From Azolla caroliniana (lineage: Eukaryota; Plantae; Polypodiophyta): DNA of 35,241 nucleotides. The position numbers were made by a program, and so were the translations under genes. Below the pieces are notes generated by a model that was not told the DNA's origin, did not search any database, and worked only from the letters and a program-made list of their open reading frames with translations. Positions 1-11,428 of the stretch are shown in pieces. The stretch is from contig JBHGNT010000319.1 of assembly GCA_043228905.1 (NCBI GenBank), positions 1 through 35,241 of the forward strand. The letters are read 5' to 3'. How positions within the stretch are numbered: position 1 is the first letter of the stretch; the number at the start of each line of letters is the position of its first letter.

Positions 1-2198
1 AAACATTTGAATTACCTCTGGCTTAGCTTCAAGCGCCCATTTTCCATTCATGATTCGTTTGTCATAGAAGTTGAATCCTTTCACATGGGGCATGTCTGCC
101 ATTTCAATCCCTTCGTTGTCATCAACCTTCATTGGGATTTCAGAGGGAATATCACTAATTATTTGATCATTCTTTTTCATCCTCTTAGCAGTAGCTTTCT
201 CCACTTCAGTAACCCCCACTCCATAAGAGACTCCAGCTATAGAAGCTTTTAAGAAATCCATTTGATTACAAGTCAGAGTTCCGGTCTTATCTGAAAGAAT
301 TGTATCGACTTGGCCAAGTTCCTCATTTAGATTCGATGTACGTGAATGAGCTGGCTTATCAGTTTCTTCATAGTACATGTGGATGTCTTGGTCTATTAAC
401 CTTGCCTGAAATAGCTTAACAACTTCTAACGAGATATAAAGCGAGATCGGAATGAGGTACCCATACAAGATAAGGGCAGTAATAAACTGATAAAATGCAG
501 ATAAAACAGCATTATTTGGATTGAAGTCATTGGATGTATTATCTGGGCGCATATACCACCAATTCGGCATGTCGAGTTTTGTCCTTATCCCAAACACTAT
601 TGCTCCAATGATGGAAATAAGCAGAAGCACACTGAACAGAAAATAAACGATATAATCCATTCTCCGCTCAATCCTGCTCCTCTTAGAGGGAGGATCCGTT
701 GCATTCTGCATAACTTTCGTTTCATGGCCACTGAAGATCACAACACCATACACATATTGTGTATTCCGAAGCTTGGAATCCCTTAGCAAGATTTGTTGTG
801 GACCTAGTGACAAGGTAGCACCATCATACTCTATATTGCCAACAAAACTGTAGAGGTTCGGATTGGGGTCCTCGCACCGAATAATCCCAACAAATTCAGC
901 AAAATTATCATCCCCTTCTAGTTCCAAGGTGGGTTCGAGTGTTTTCTTCAACTTCAAGTTGGTCTCTCCATCTAGATTCATGGTTTCCACATAGCAAACG
1001 CCATCAGGATAGCTTGATGAAAGCATAAGAAGATCTGCTGGAAAGAATTGATCTCTCTGGACCTGAACTACATCTCCAACTCGAATATGTTGCCATTCGA
1101 CGTCAACAAACTTCCCATTGTTGGAATGCACCTTTACTTTCCGATTGTTTACTTCATTATCCTGGAAAGTTCATGGACACTAGTCAATAATAGAATGGCA
1201 ATGACCATAATGCTGACAGACATAAATCATTCTATGCAAAATGTTTCTTCCTAGTTTACAGTAATAGGACAATATGAGTCAATATTACAAACTAATAGGC
1301 ATATGGCAGACAAACTATACATGTCTGCCAGATTTCATTCCCTTAAATGTATATTTCCAACAAGCAACTTGAAACCAACAACCGGCATTTTAGTAAAGTA
1401 AGATAATATGGAGCAATGAGATAGTGCAGAAAAAATATCTATTTTTTTCACATTTTGTTTCTTTTTAAGCATTTTTTCAGTTAAATTACTTCAAAAATCT
1501 AGGCAAAATTAAGTGAATAATACAAGGGGCGATAATATATTACAATTTCCTTCCTTAGCCAACAAAACCAACCTGCATTTTTGTGATATAATAGGAAATT
1601 AGGAGAAAATACTACAAGAATTATAAAAGTAGACCAGAAACTGAAACTTTACAATTGGCATTAGGCACTTTTTTCCCAGAGCATTTACATCCGATACAAA
1701 TAACAATACTAACTCATATACTGAATATAATTACCATTAAAAACACAAACACTGCAAAATAACCAATAAAAATACCTGCAAATATCTTCGCCAATCTTCA
1801 ATAGCTTCCTTGAGCATACTAACTCCCACCACAAAAGCAAGTGGAAGAATGACTGAGGTAGCAGAAAACGGCGTCAATGGTGTGAGAGACAAAGCTGCAG
1901 TCATAAGGAAATACAAATTTGCAACCCTTCGAAACTGCTCAAACAAAGCTTTAGGTAAAAATGTGACAATATTATATTTTGTGGTGGAAACATAGTTATC
2001 TCTATATTTGAATGGCTTTGATTTATGCCTTCCTGGTTGATTACAAAAAACAACTCTAGAGAATCCAGGACCTCCTAAAGGAACTAAATCATCTGCTTCC
2101 AATACTGTTGGCCTTACACATGCATATGAGTAAAGCTTGCTTAGTCTTAGCTTTCCTTTCCTCTTTTGATCTTTCCGATCTTCCTGTTTCGGGGGCAT
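1..2198 (-). CDS. ALA: P4-type ATPase phospholipid flippase (ALA family), 5' part; exon 1 = 2198-1776, exon 2 = 1161 to <1 (continues off the window)
   Basis: Exon 1 translates to MPPKQ...[32 protein letters not shown]...[12 protein letters not shown], then a CAG|gtatt donor. After a ttccag acceptor, exon 2 opens in phase 0 with [11 protein letters not shown] and contains [15 protein letters not shown] (P4 DGET motif), YLIPISLY (P4 TM4 PISL motif) and [14 protein letters not shown] (phosphorylation site, ~270-300). Confidence 0.96.
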
Positions 2199-2239
2199 TT
2201 TTGTGAAACGAAGAAGCTATGGAAACCAAAAACTCTGAA

Positions 2240-2900
2240 AGAAAACCACTTGATTGCTCGATAGAGGAAAAGCACTTGCAAGAAAGAATCTAACTTTTTC
2301 TGATACCTTTTGGTACTTAGAAGGTATGAATTGATCAATTCCTTATAAGAGAATGGATTCTCGTGAAAACAATCCAAATTTATCTGCAAATTTCGTGGTT
2401 AGAAGATGAACTCTTGATTTTTTGATTGCTCGACAGGGACAGAATCTTGAAAAAAGCAGATATGAAGGCCAAATTTCTGATACTTCCTTTGTGATTATTA
2501 TAGAGAGCTAATTAATTACTCCACAAGAAGACAGTATCTTGTCGAGAGAAGCCAAATTCCTGATGCAATCTTTTTGTGATCAAATTGTAGAACTGATTGA
2601 TCAAGTTCTCTGACAAGGAAACAGATTCTTGTAGAAAGAAACTCGATTCCTGACGCAATCTTCTGTTAGAAAAAAAGCTATGATAGAATCCAAATTCTGA
2701 TGCAATTCCAGCATAAAAGAGAGAATGGCTTGATTGCACAACCCAGTACAGAATCTTGAAGAAAATAAGCTATCTTTTCTGATGCCTTTTTAGTGGTTAA
2801 AGGGAATCGATCAATCAGTTAACCTGAGAACGAAAAAATGCAGAAATTTTGATCAACAAGGAGCGAATTGTTGTGACGCAATTTCTGCTCAAAAAATAGC
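2240..2900. repeat. Degenerate tandem repeat (~90-150 bp units) immediately upstream of the flippase ATG
   Basis: Recurring blocks TTGATTGC(T/A)C..CAG...AGAATCTTG and (TT)CTGAT(G/A)C...TTT(G/T)TGAT near 2250, 2422, 2535, 2597 and 2730. Unit boundaries are imprecise. Confidence 0.55.
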
Positions 2901-3087
2901 TGATCGATTCATCCCCACATAGAGGAGTGTGGGAAAAGCTCAGAAATAGTGGGAGAACAACGACGGTTGAATACACCTAACAATGGATTTACAAGAACAA
3001 ATTTGGTTCAATGTCTTTACGGTACACGTTGCAGAAGGGCAGATCAAATCGATATCCTTATTGAATCTTTATACATTGCATTGTTGC

Positions 3088-3264
3088 AGAAGAAGAAGAA
3101 GAAGAAGAAGGCTTTAGAAGTCAAGATTGGAATTCGTGCGTATACATTGCTACGTTCATGCGAAATGGAAGTAAAGAGGATTGATATGAATATACCTTTG
3201 CAGTAGATCAGGAAAAAAGAACAGAAGAAGAAGAAGAAGAAGAAGAAGAAGAAGAAGAAGAAGA
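3088..3264. repeat. Two (GAA)n microsatellites (~7 copies at 3088-3110, ~14 copies at 3223-3264); (TTC)n on the flippase sense strand
   Basis: Directly visible. Pyrimidine-rich tracts are typical of plant 5' leaders and first introns. Confidence 0.9.
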
Positions 3265-3420
3265 TCGAGTTTGTTCTATGGATTTTGAAGGAGAAACGGA
3301 ATATCGAGCAACAGATTTGAGAGGAATCTGGGAACAAAGGGAATTCGCAGGGAATTCGCAGGGGAGGAGATGGTAGCGGGGAAGGGGAACAGGAACGGAA
3401 AGAAGAAGGAGAAGAAGAAG

Positions 3421-3548
3421 AAACCCTAACCCTAACGGAGAAGACGGGCGAATCAGAGGAGGACAGAACAGAGATGATCGGATCGGATCGGATGGGAAGG
3501 AAGGAAGGAATAACGTGGAGGAGAAGAGAAGGGTTAGGGTTAGGGTTT
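3421..3548. promoter_or_regulatory. Pair of inverted telo-box/telomere-like motifs in the probable 5' leader or promoter of the flippase
   Basis: AAACCCTAACCCTAAC at 3421-3436 and its exact reverse complement GTTAGGGTTAGGGTTT at 3533-3548. AAACCCTAA is the known plant telo-box. Confidence 0.6.
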
Positions 3549-3720
3549 TTGTGGTCTTCTCCTTCCACGCTGCTCTTTCCTGCAGTCAGAATTTTGAATG
3601 GGTCTCTCTCTCAGTCTCTCTCAGTCTCTGTCTTTCCGGCTGTCTGTTCCGGCCGTCAGTCGCCGTCATCCACCGCCGTCAGTCGCCGTCAGCCGCCCAT
3701 TTTCCGTCCAAAGCAGTCGG

Positions 3721-4312
3721 ACTTCCTCTTTTAAAACTTGTGAATCCCGGAGGCTTTCTTTCCCGTCCGTCCACCCGCCCCGCCCCGCCCATCACTCTAG
3801 ACCTTCTTCTTTAAACTCAAGAATCCCGAGGCTTTTTGCCATTGGCCTGCTGTCAGGCACCAGACCTGTCCGCCCGCCCGTAGCATCGAAAAGTGTCCCA
3901 AAGGCTTTCTTTCCCGTCCATCCATCCGCCCGCCCATCGCTCTAGAACGAACCTCTTCTTTAAACTCGGGAATCCCGAGGGCTTTTGCCCACCTGCCTGC
4001 CCGTAGCATCGAAAAGTGTCCCAAAGGCTTTCTTTCCCGTCCATCCATCCATCCGCCCGCCCGCCCATTGCTCTAGAACGAACCTCTTCTTTAAACTCGG
4101 GAATCCCGAGGGCTTTTGCTCACCCGCCTGCCCGTAGCATCGAAAAGTGTCCCGGAGGCTTTCTTTTCCGTCCATCCATCCATCCGCCCACCCGGCCGGC
4201 CATCGCTCTAGAACGAACCTCTTCTTTAAACTCGGGAACCCCGATGGCTTTTGCCAATCGATTTACTGTCGGGCACCAGATTTGTCCGCCCGCCTGTAGC
4301 ATCGAAATGTGT
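3721..4312. repeat. GC-rich tandem repeat, ~131-145 bp unit, about 4 copies plus a shortened first copy
   Basis: The unit start CTCTAGA(ACGAA)CCTCTTCTTTAAACTC(G/A)(G/A)GAA recurs at 3795, 3940, 4071 and 4206. GTAGCATCGAAAAGTGTCCC and CCGTCCATCCATCCGCCC blocks are shared between copies. Confidence 0.93.
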
Positions 4313-6229
4313 CGCGAATTTCGAGAGAGACCCCTGAGTCCCACCCTCAAAGATCACAATTATTGTGGATCCGTCCATCCGCCTGCAACATTGGAAAGTG
4401 TCGAATATCTTTGAGAGACCCTGCGTATGATCATCGCAATATTAGTTGGCCTCCTATTGTGGATTGTTCAAAAAAGACCTTCTAGATGGTCAAACCCCTC
4501 ACCCAAAAGCTTCGCTCATAGCTTCTCCTTCCAGAAACACGTGGGATCCTTGGATGGACAGAACACTCTTCGCGATGAAAGATAACAATAGTAAAATAAC
4601 AGAGAAAATGCAAAAAGCGTGGACAACTCTTTGAAATCGAAGCAAACACGAAATGTCATTTGAAAAAAGGAAATTAACATCATTCTTGGTTTTTAAAAAA
4701 GGTTGTGATCTTTGGATGTGTGTGTGTGTATGGCCAACATGTTTAGGGCCATGAATCCCATTCGAGATGTAAAGCGCAAAATATTCTTCAAAATGTGAGG
4801 TATAATACTCGCTTTGAAATGTTCTCGGCTTTAGGATGTGGGAAATAGAAAAGTAAGTCGCATGATGAGATGAATTATTTGTAAGAGAGGATGGTGCCAT
4901 CGTGGCACAAGAATAATAAGGATTGAATTATATGAAAGAAGAACGTGGTTGGTGAAGAAGAAAACTAGTTGATAATGGTGTGGCAATATATAGAGATTAT
5001 GAATTAGACGATTCTCTACAAAGGCTTATTACTCAACGGAGATGAATTATTATGTCTCATTTCAATCGCAATCAACCTAAAATTATCTCTCTAGCACATC
5101 TCTACTTGTAGACATAAGAACGCGTACATTGAAGGTTCTCTTATTTACCTTCTTTGAAACTAAAGTCAAAAAAGTTGTTTACGATGCCTTATAGGCAACT
5201 ATACTATCAAAAAGACCAAAATGCGCTAAACAAAACTCATGTTTTAAAGTTCTTGATTTCAATATCGACCCACGACCAAATAATGATATATTGTAACATC
5301 CTCAAAAGGTCATACAATGAAATCTAAAAAGAGTGTTGTAACTAGTAAGACAATATTGTTTACCGCGTAGAGAATGTAGCCTCATGTAGATTGTGTATTT
5401 TTTTAAAGATCACTCCTAGGCTCCAATGGAGAGCACAAATATGTGCCCAATGCAACCCAAGCTCTTACATGAAGAGATCTATAAACAACAATAACCAACA
5501 ACTTTCACCACATTGTTTCCTTTCTTCTCAAAACGACATATTGTTCTATAAATTTATGGTAGTGTTGATGCCATAAAAGGTGATCGGTGTCCATCAAACA
5601 TTTCCAGATGGTGTAGTGTGGAGATAAAAAGACTTTGGCGAAGGATTTCGTTAGGCTTTATGGAACTTATTAAGTTGAATCAATTGAGTAAATAGGATCT
5701 ACACATGTCTTTGAGTAACGCGTAAATAACATGGCCCTTATAATGACATTTGATTCCAAATTATTTTCTCAACGATAACTCATAGAAGATATGACATGCG
5801 TATTTGATCGGAAGTATGTGTTGAACCAAGTTTTTTCCAATAAGATAATTTGCAAGGTTTCTCTACAACTCCCAACTTGTTACATGCCTTCAAACAAAAA
5901 AACCATGTATGATGGTATTGGATGAAATTCCTTGGAGTTACTCGCATTCTTGCAAAGTAGTAGCTTCAAAACTCATACTTATTGCTCTAGTATAACTAGC
6001 AATTAGGTAATCAAAACATAGAGCATTTCGAGTTTGGGAGTCCAACCATTAAAAACTCTTGATTGATTCCTTGGTGTGCAAAGGTAAACTAGACACACAA
6101 AATATAACATTGTTGTGAATTGGGGCAATACCATATTGTTGAGTCACCGGTTTGGGGTTTTCTACAATTGCATGTACCGTATGGTACATCTACCATAAGT
6201 AGTTGCAAACAAAACACCATCTTAGTTTG

Positions 6230-6362
6230 AGACCTTCTAACATCCTACCATATATGTATACAAAAGCATAAAGATGCTCTCTTACAACTCACGTTGTCTT
6301 ACTTCGAGACCTTCTAACATCCTAACATGTATACAAAAACACAAATATTCTCTCTTACAACT
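6230..6362. repeat. Diverged tandem duplication (~76 bp period, 2 copies)
   Basis: GAGACCTTCTAACATCCTA...ATGTATACAAAA...CTCTCTTACAACT occurs at ~6230-6290 and ~6306-6362. Confidence 0.75.
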
Positions 6363-8821
6363 TGCCATCATCAGTGTGGCCCACTCTATGAATAAATAAA
6401 CAAAACATTTGTTTTGGCTAGTTGCTAGTAAATTAAAGTGAAAAAGTATTCTTGTGTTATATGATTTAGTAACAAACTCTCCTTGTGAATCACACTTCAC
6501 GAGGTTAGTTGTAGCATTCACAACAATTTTGTTATATGGAGTATGTCTAAGCTCATAATTCATTGTTGCTTTTCTGTGTACCCAGAAACACAAACGTACA
6601 AAGGTAAGAGCATTTTATTTGTTATCGGTTTATGATTATTTAGTGTTTACAATGAAATGCAAACACATATAAGGATAGATCCAACTCCCCTCCCTCGAGT
6701 AAAATAATCAAACGGATCTAAAATGGTGTGTTAACCACTAGACAATACGTTTGTAATTGAGGGTGTGTGTTGTGTGCATTGGGCGTATATTTTCATAGTT
6801 AAATAATTACTTCCACATTTTGGTTTTAGTGAAGTCCATGATAAACCCATTGAGGCTAATGTCTTAATTTGATTTCTATTACAGGATTAGGCCATTAGAA
6901 AAATGATTCTAATTACATGTCTATAAAAAGCATCAAGAGGTTTAACCACTTGTCATTCTTTATACTAACTTTCATTGTAACATTACATATAAATCTAATA
7001 TTTTTCCCACATTTCTAGTTGTTTCAATACAATTCAAATCTAAATATTTGTCCATGTAGAAATACCTAATTATTAAGATATTGGAAACAATAAAAAAATA
7101 CAAGTATTGTAAAATTTTGATATTCATTAAAACAATCTATCTTTTTCCTCAAGAAGTGTTAGTCAAGAAGATATTTCTCAAAACTCTAACAAATTTTCAA
7201 GAACTTTTGACAATGTAAAGTCGGATTTATATTTCTCTTTCCCAATGCAACCATGTTCCAATATTTAGGAAAGACCCTAGCCTCTCATACATTCTTTCAT
7301 ACAGTATACCTCAAGGGAAAAGTGCTTTTTTGCTTCCCCGTTTGTCAACAATCAAAACGTGTTTTTGCTTATATTTGGTTGATACATTTTCACAAAGCAT
7401 GCACGCAAACTGGTGATTAAAGGAGTCATCATGTATGTATGTCTATTTTTTCAGCTTTCTAGAAGCCCCTTTCACAATCAGGACCCAATCTTCAAATTCA
7501 AAGAATTGTACATAACATTGGGTCTTGATTCCAAAAGGGGCTTCTGGAAAGTTGGAAAAATATACAAGATTTTAGCAAATGAAATCTCAAGGAGGGAAGG
7601 GGGTTTGTCACCATGGTCCATAGTGTATATGTAACTTTGTCATGTTGTTTCAATCAAAGATATTTTTCAATACATTTCCTACACATCCAATTTGCATACG
7701 ATAGAAAGAGTTTGTATATAAAAGAAAAAGGGAATATTTAAGCCATGAAAGATTTACAAAAAAGTTTGGGGTTTTTAATTTGAGTGTTGAATGCATGTGA
7801 TATAGAATGGAGTGATGTATAGCGAACCCTCTTTGTGAATAAGGCTCAAGTATTGAGGTGTATAACTTCCAAGAGGGTTTCTAGTTTTTCAAAAACAAAG
7901 TCAAACTTAGGCTTAATTCTAAAGTCTTTCCCATATCAAAATGTTGTTGTTCTCATTTTATCCTATTCTAATAACGCGGCTGACAGCCGTGCTTTATAAT
8001 GACAAAAAATATTCATTCGAGGTATGCACAATAAATTCAGAAATAAGCAGGACATAGGACCCATGGTCTACAAGTAATGCACATAATGAATCAAAATGCT
8101 ACTCTTAGTTGGCATGATTCCCAAAAATGCCACCCCTTTACCAAAATCGACCATAAAATATTTATTCTGTTAAGCGTTACATTTTGCATTTATTTCGTAA
8201 TACATTTTCAAAAATCATAGCTCTGTTTGATTTTGGGAATTATGGAAAACTAGAATGGCCAAAAGTGTCATAGACGAATGGACTAACACATGAATTTGAT
8301 AATCCTCTCTCTCCATTGATAGCTGTCACACATATTTCCATCTTGGATTTCATTCCCTCTAAAAGTCTTTTTGACTGACAACTTCAACAAATCAAATGAA
8401 TATTATTGAGTGTGAGCAAAGACATGCATTTCCTAGTACAACCGTTGCATCTGATTATAACACATCATAAATGTGGTGCATTGGCATCTCCAAACTAAAC
8501 TGGGGTGTGCACCCCCATACCTCTACGAGAGATTACTTTTTAAGTTGTACTAGAGAAGTTGTCCAACCACTATCCTATCAAGTGTCCATGCATCAAAGAA
8601 TGTTCTACTGCATCAATCAATGATCTAATGTTACATAATGTCTGTTCATAATATGGTCCAGGATGGCTATCAGCCCTTTCTCCATTCGACCTCCCATGAC
8701 AAATATTGAGCATCATGCATATACTTCAATGAAATAACGTATTCTCAAAACTTCAAGCTGCAAACAACCATCTAACCATCATAAAAAGGAAGTATAATAC
8801 ATGGTTTCCAAAGAACATCTT

Positions 8822-11254
8822 TTAGCTATTCACATCATGATATACAGTTTCCAATACCCAATGCAAATTTGTGGGACACGATTGGTGGGATAATATATTC
8901 TGATCATCTCCCAACTTTGCATTATTGCACATATTTGGTTGACACTTACTATAATTTGTATTAGTTTGCACCCTCAAAGCATTCATTTCAATTACTTCGG
9001 AATGCATACCCGACGCAGCACATATGTTTCCCATGAAGACATATGCAGAACCACATTCTCCGTTCATTCGCACTGATTGCTCAAAAGCCCACATCCCAAC
9101 CTCGGTGTTTACCCATTTATGGCATGCACCCAAAAGAACTAACCATAGTGGAAGACGATCAGAAGATTGAACTGTCTCAATCACAGCAATAGCTTTATCA
9201 AAGTGTCCTGATCGGCTAAAAAGATCGACCATACACGTATAGTGTTCTAAATTCGGAGTGAGTTGATAAATGATGCTCATATCATTGAAGAGTGTTTGTC
9301 CTTCTTCCACGAGCCCTGCATGGCTACAAGCAGTTAGCATAATGAGGAAAGTAACTAGATTTGGCACAATACCTTTTCCCCTCATTTTATTGAACAGATT
9401 CAACACTTCTTTTGCGTGTCCTAGCTGAGCATAGCCAGCCATGAGTGCATTCCAGGGTACAACATCTTGTATAAGAAGTGTATCGAATACTTCTTGTGCT
9501 TTTACAAGCACACCACATTTGGCATACATGTCTAGCAATGCTACGCCGAGGACGAGGTTATCTTCTAGCAACATTTGCTTCATGACTTCCTTATGTATCT
9601 CGCCTCCAGTGTTCAGAGACCCTATGTTTCCACAAGCTTTCAAGATGGAAACAAAGGTGATTGCATTAGGGGAGACACCTTCGGCTTGCATTCTATGGAA
9701 GTATTTCACTGCTTCTTCACCGTAACCATGTTGGGCATAACCAGACACCAAGGCACTCCAAGATACAACATTCCGCTCTGGAAGTTCATCGAATACTTCT
9801 TGGGCCTTAATGAGAACCCCACATTTCGCATACATATCCACCAATGCAGTGCCAAGCACCATGTCTCCCAATAACCCCTTTTTCTTCACTTCACCATGGA
9901 TCTCTTCCCCCATCTTTAGAGATGCTACACTGCTGCAAGCCTTCAAAATGCTTACAAAAGTGACAGTGTTAGGGGAGAGACCCTCATCTATCATTCTCTT
10001 GAAGCAATTTAACGCTTCATCAGCATATCCATGTTGGGTGTACCCAGCAATCAATGCAGTCCATGATACTACATTCCTTCTTGGAAGATTTTCAAATACT
10101 TCTCGTGCTTTCACAAGCACACCACATTTGGCATACATGTCGAGCAATGCTGTGCCAAGTACTACATTTTCTTCTAATAACCCTTGCTTGTTAGCTTCTT
10201 TGTGTATTCTCTCTCCCACTGCTATGGACCCTATGCTCCCACAAGCTTTCAAAATGCAACTAAAAGTTATGGCATTGGGAACAAACCCTTGATCTTGCAT
10301 AAGCTCAAAGCACTTTAATGCTTCATGGCTACACTCATGTTGAGCATAACCAGCAATTAATGCATTCCACGATACAATATTCCGTTTAGGAAGCTCATCG
10401 AACACTTCCCTTGCTTTTCCAAGAACACCGCATTTGGCATACATATCCACTATAGCCGTGCCGAGAATGATATTCTCATCTCTTAATAACCCTTGCTTGT
10501 TAACTTCAGCATGTATATTTTCTCCGGTTTCGAGAGACCTTGTATTGCCACATGCTTTCAAAACGCAACTAAAAGTAACCACATTTGGAGAGGAACCCTC
10601 ATCTTTCATATGCTCGAAACACATTATGGCCTCATTACCCAGACCATGGTGGACATATCCACTGATCAATGCATTCCAAGTTATGACATTACGAGCAGGC
10701 ATCTCATCAAATACTTGACGAGCTTTCCACATGACCCCAAACTTAGCATACATATCGACCAATGAAGTTCCAAGCACAACATTGTCTTCCAAAAGACCCA
10801 TCTGTCTTATCTCACCATCTATTTCTTCTCCGATCTTGAGAGACCCAATCATGATACATGCTTTCAAAAGGCAACCAAATGTGAATGCATTTGGAGAGAC
10901 ACCTTTATCTCTCATATACATAAAACATCGAATAGCTTCATGGCCAAAACCATGATGTGCATAGCAAGCAATAATCGCATTCCAAGATTCAACTGTGTGC
11001 GTAGGAAGTTCACGAAAAACTCTTAATACATCTTCAATAGCACCACATCTAACATACATATTAAGCAAACCATTGCTTATCCTAAGATCCTTGAGGAGCA
11101 AATCTGTGTTGACAATATCGGCATGTATCCTTCTTGCTTTGAGCAGATCCTTTTGTTTCCCACAAGTTTTCATAAGACCGAGAAGGAGGTAGGGATCTGG
11201 GAAGTGAAGAGTTGTGGAGACATTCTCTGATTTGACATAAGAAACATGGAACAT
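8822..11254 (-). CDS. Pentatricopeptide repeat protein, PLS class with E1/E2 domains and no DYW domain (810 aa, intronless); putative organellar RNA-editing or RNA-binding factor
   Basis: Single ORF with 20 PPR motifs: (L-S-P)x5, L-S, then P2-L2-S2 (e.g. VVSWNALIAGYAQH, TFVSILKAC, GTALVDMYAKCG, LTACSHAGLVEEG, EHYTCMVDLFSRSG). These are followed by E1 (LWLVLLGACHKW) and E2 (AYVFMGNICAASG). No HxE/CxxC deaminase motif is present. Confidence 0.96.
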   Translation of the reverse strand: MFHVSYVKSENVSTTLHFPDPYLLLGLMKTCGKQKDLLKARRIHADIVNTDLLLKDLRISNGLLNMYVRCGAIEDVLRVFRELPTHTVESWNAIIACYAHHGFGHEAIRCFMYMRDKGVSPNAFTFGCLLKACIMIGSLKIGEEIDGEIRQMGLLEDNVVLGTSLVDMYAKFGVMWKARQVFDEMPARNVITWNALISGYVHHGLGNEAIMCFEHMKDEGSSPNVVTFSCVLKACGNTRSLETGENIHAEVNKQGLLRDENIILGTAIVDMYAKCGVLGKAREVFDELPKRNIVSWNALIAGYAQHECSHEALKCFELMQDQGFVPNAITFSCILKACGSIGSIAVGERIHKEANKQGLLEENVVLGTALLDMYAKCGVLVKAREVFENLPRRNVVSWTALIAGYTQHGYADEALNCFKRMIDEGLSPNTVTFVSILKACSSVASLKMGEEIHGEVKKKGLLGDMVLGTALVDMYAKCGVLIKAQEVFDELPERNVVSWSALVSGYAQHGYGEEAVKYFHRMQAEGVSPNAITFVSILKACGNIGSLNTGGEIHKEVMKQMLLEDNLVLGVALLDMYAKCGVLVKAQEVFDTLLIQDVVPWNALMAGYAQLGHAKEVLNLFNKMRGKGIVPNLVTFLIMLTACSHAGLVEEGQTLFNDMSIIYQLTPNLEHYTCMVDLFSRSGHFDKAIAVIETVQSSDRLPLWLVLLGACHKWVNTEVGMWAFEQSVRMNGECGSAYVFMGNICAASGMHSEVIEMNALRVQTNTNYSKCQPNMCNNAKLGDDQNILSHQSCPTNLHWVLETVYHDVNS

Positions 11255-11258
11255 TTCT

Positions 11259-11283
11259 TATCTATCTATCTATCTATCTATCT
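11259..11283. repeat. (TATC)n microsatellite directly upstream of the PPR start codon
   Basis: About 6 copies of TATC, visible directly. Confidence 0.85.
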
Positions 11284-11428
11284 GTAACCCTGCTTCTTTC
11301 TTAATCTTCTTCTATCTTTCTGAGAGAGAGAGGAACCATCATCATGAGACCATGGCGCGCTCTTGCTGAAGTGTGTGTGTCTTTCTGAGGAGGCAAGAAC
11401 AGGGGAGAAGCTTAATAATGATTATTGA

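Noticed and set aside
3721-4312. CRISPR-like appearance of the palindromic repeats
   Set aside because: Whole units repeat with no unique spacers, no cas genes are present, and the context is eukaryotic.
3044-4414. Cluster of 70-174 aa ORFs on both strands
   Set aside because: They arise from microsatellites and the GC-rich tandem repeat (poly-F/K, S/P/R-rich peptides) and show no recognisable domain.
4499-6593. Short ORFs in the AT-rich intergenic region
   Set aside because: No domain motifs or consistent splice structure; probably decayed repeat DNA.
7250-7950. Possible very old LINE zf-RVT remnant (CMLC...HV-DC on the minus strand)
   Set aside because: It needs a frameshift and rests on four residues, which is too weak without a profile search.
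8250-8821. Possible frameshifted DYW domain downstream of the PPR stop
   Set aside because: In the stretches I translated by hand I found no PG box, HxE(x)nCxxC or DYW-like terminus.
9441-11192. Plus-strand ORFs overlapping the PPR gene
   Set aside because: Antisense shadows of the repetitive PPR coding frame.
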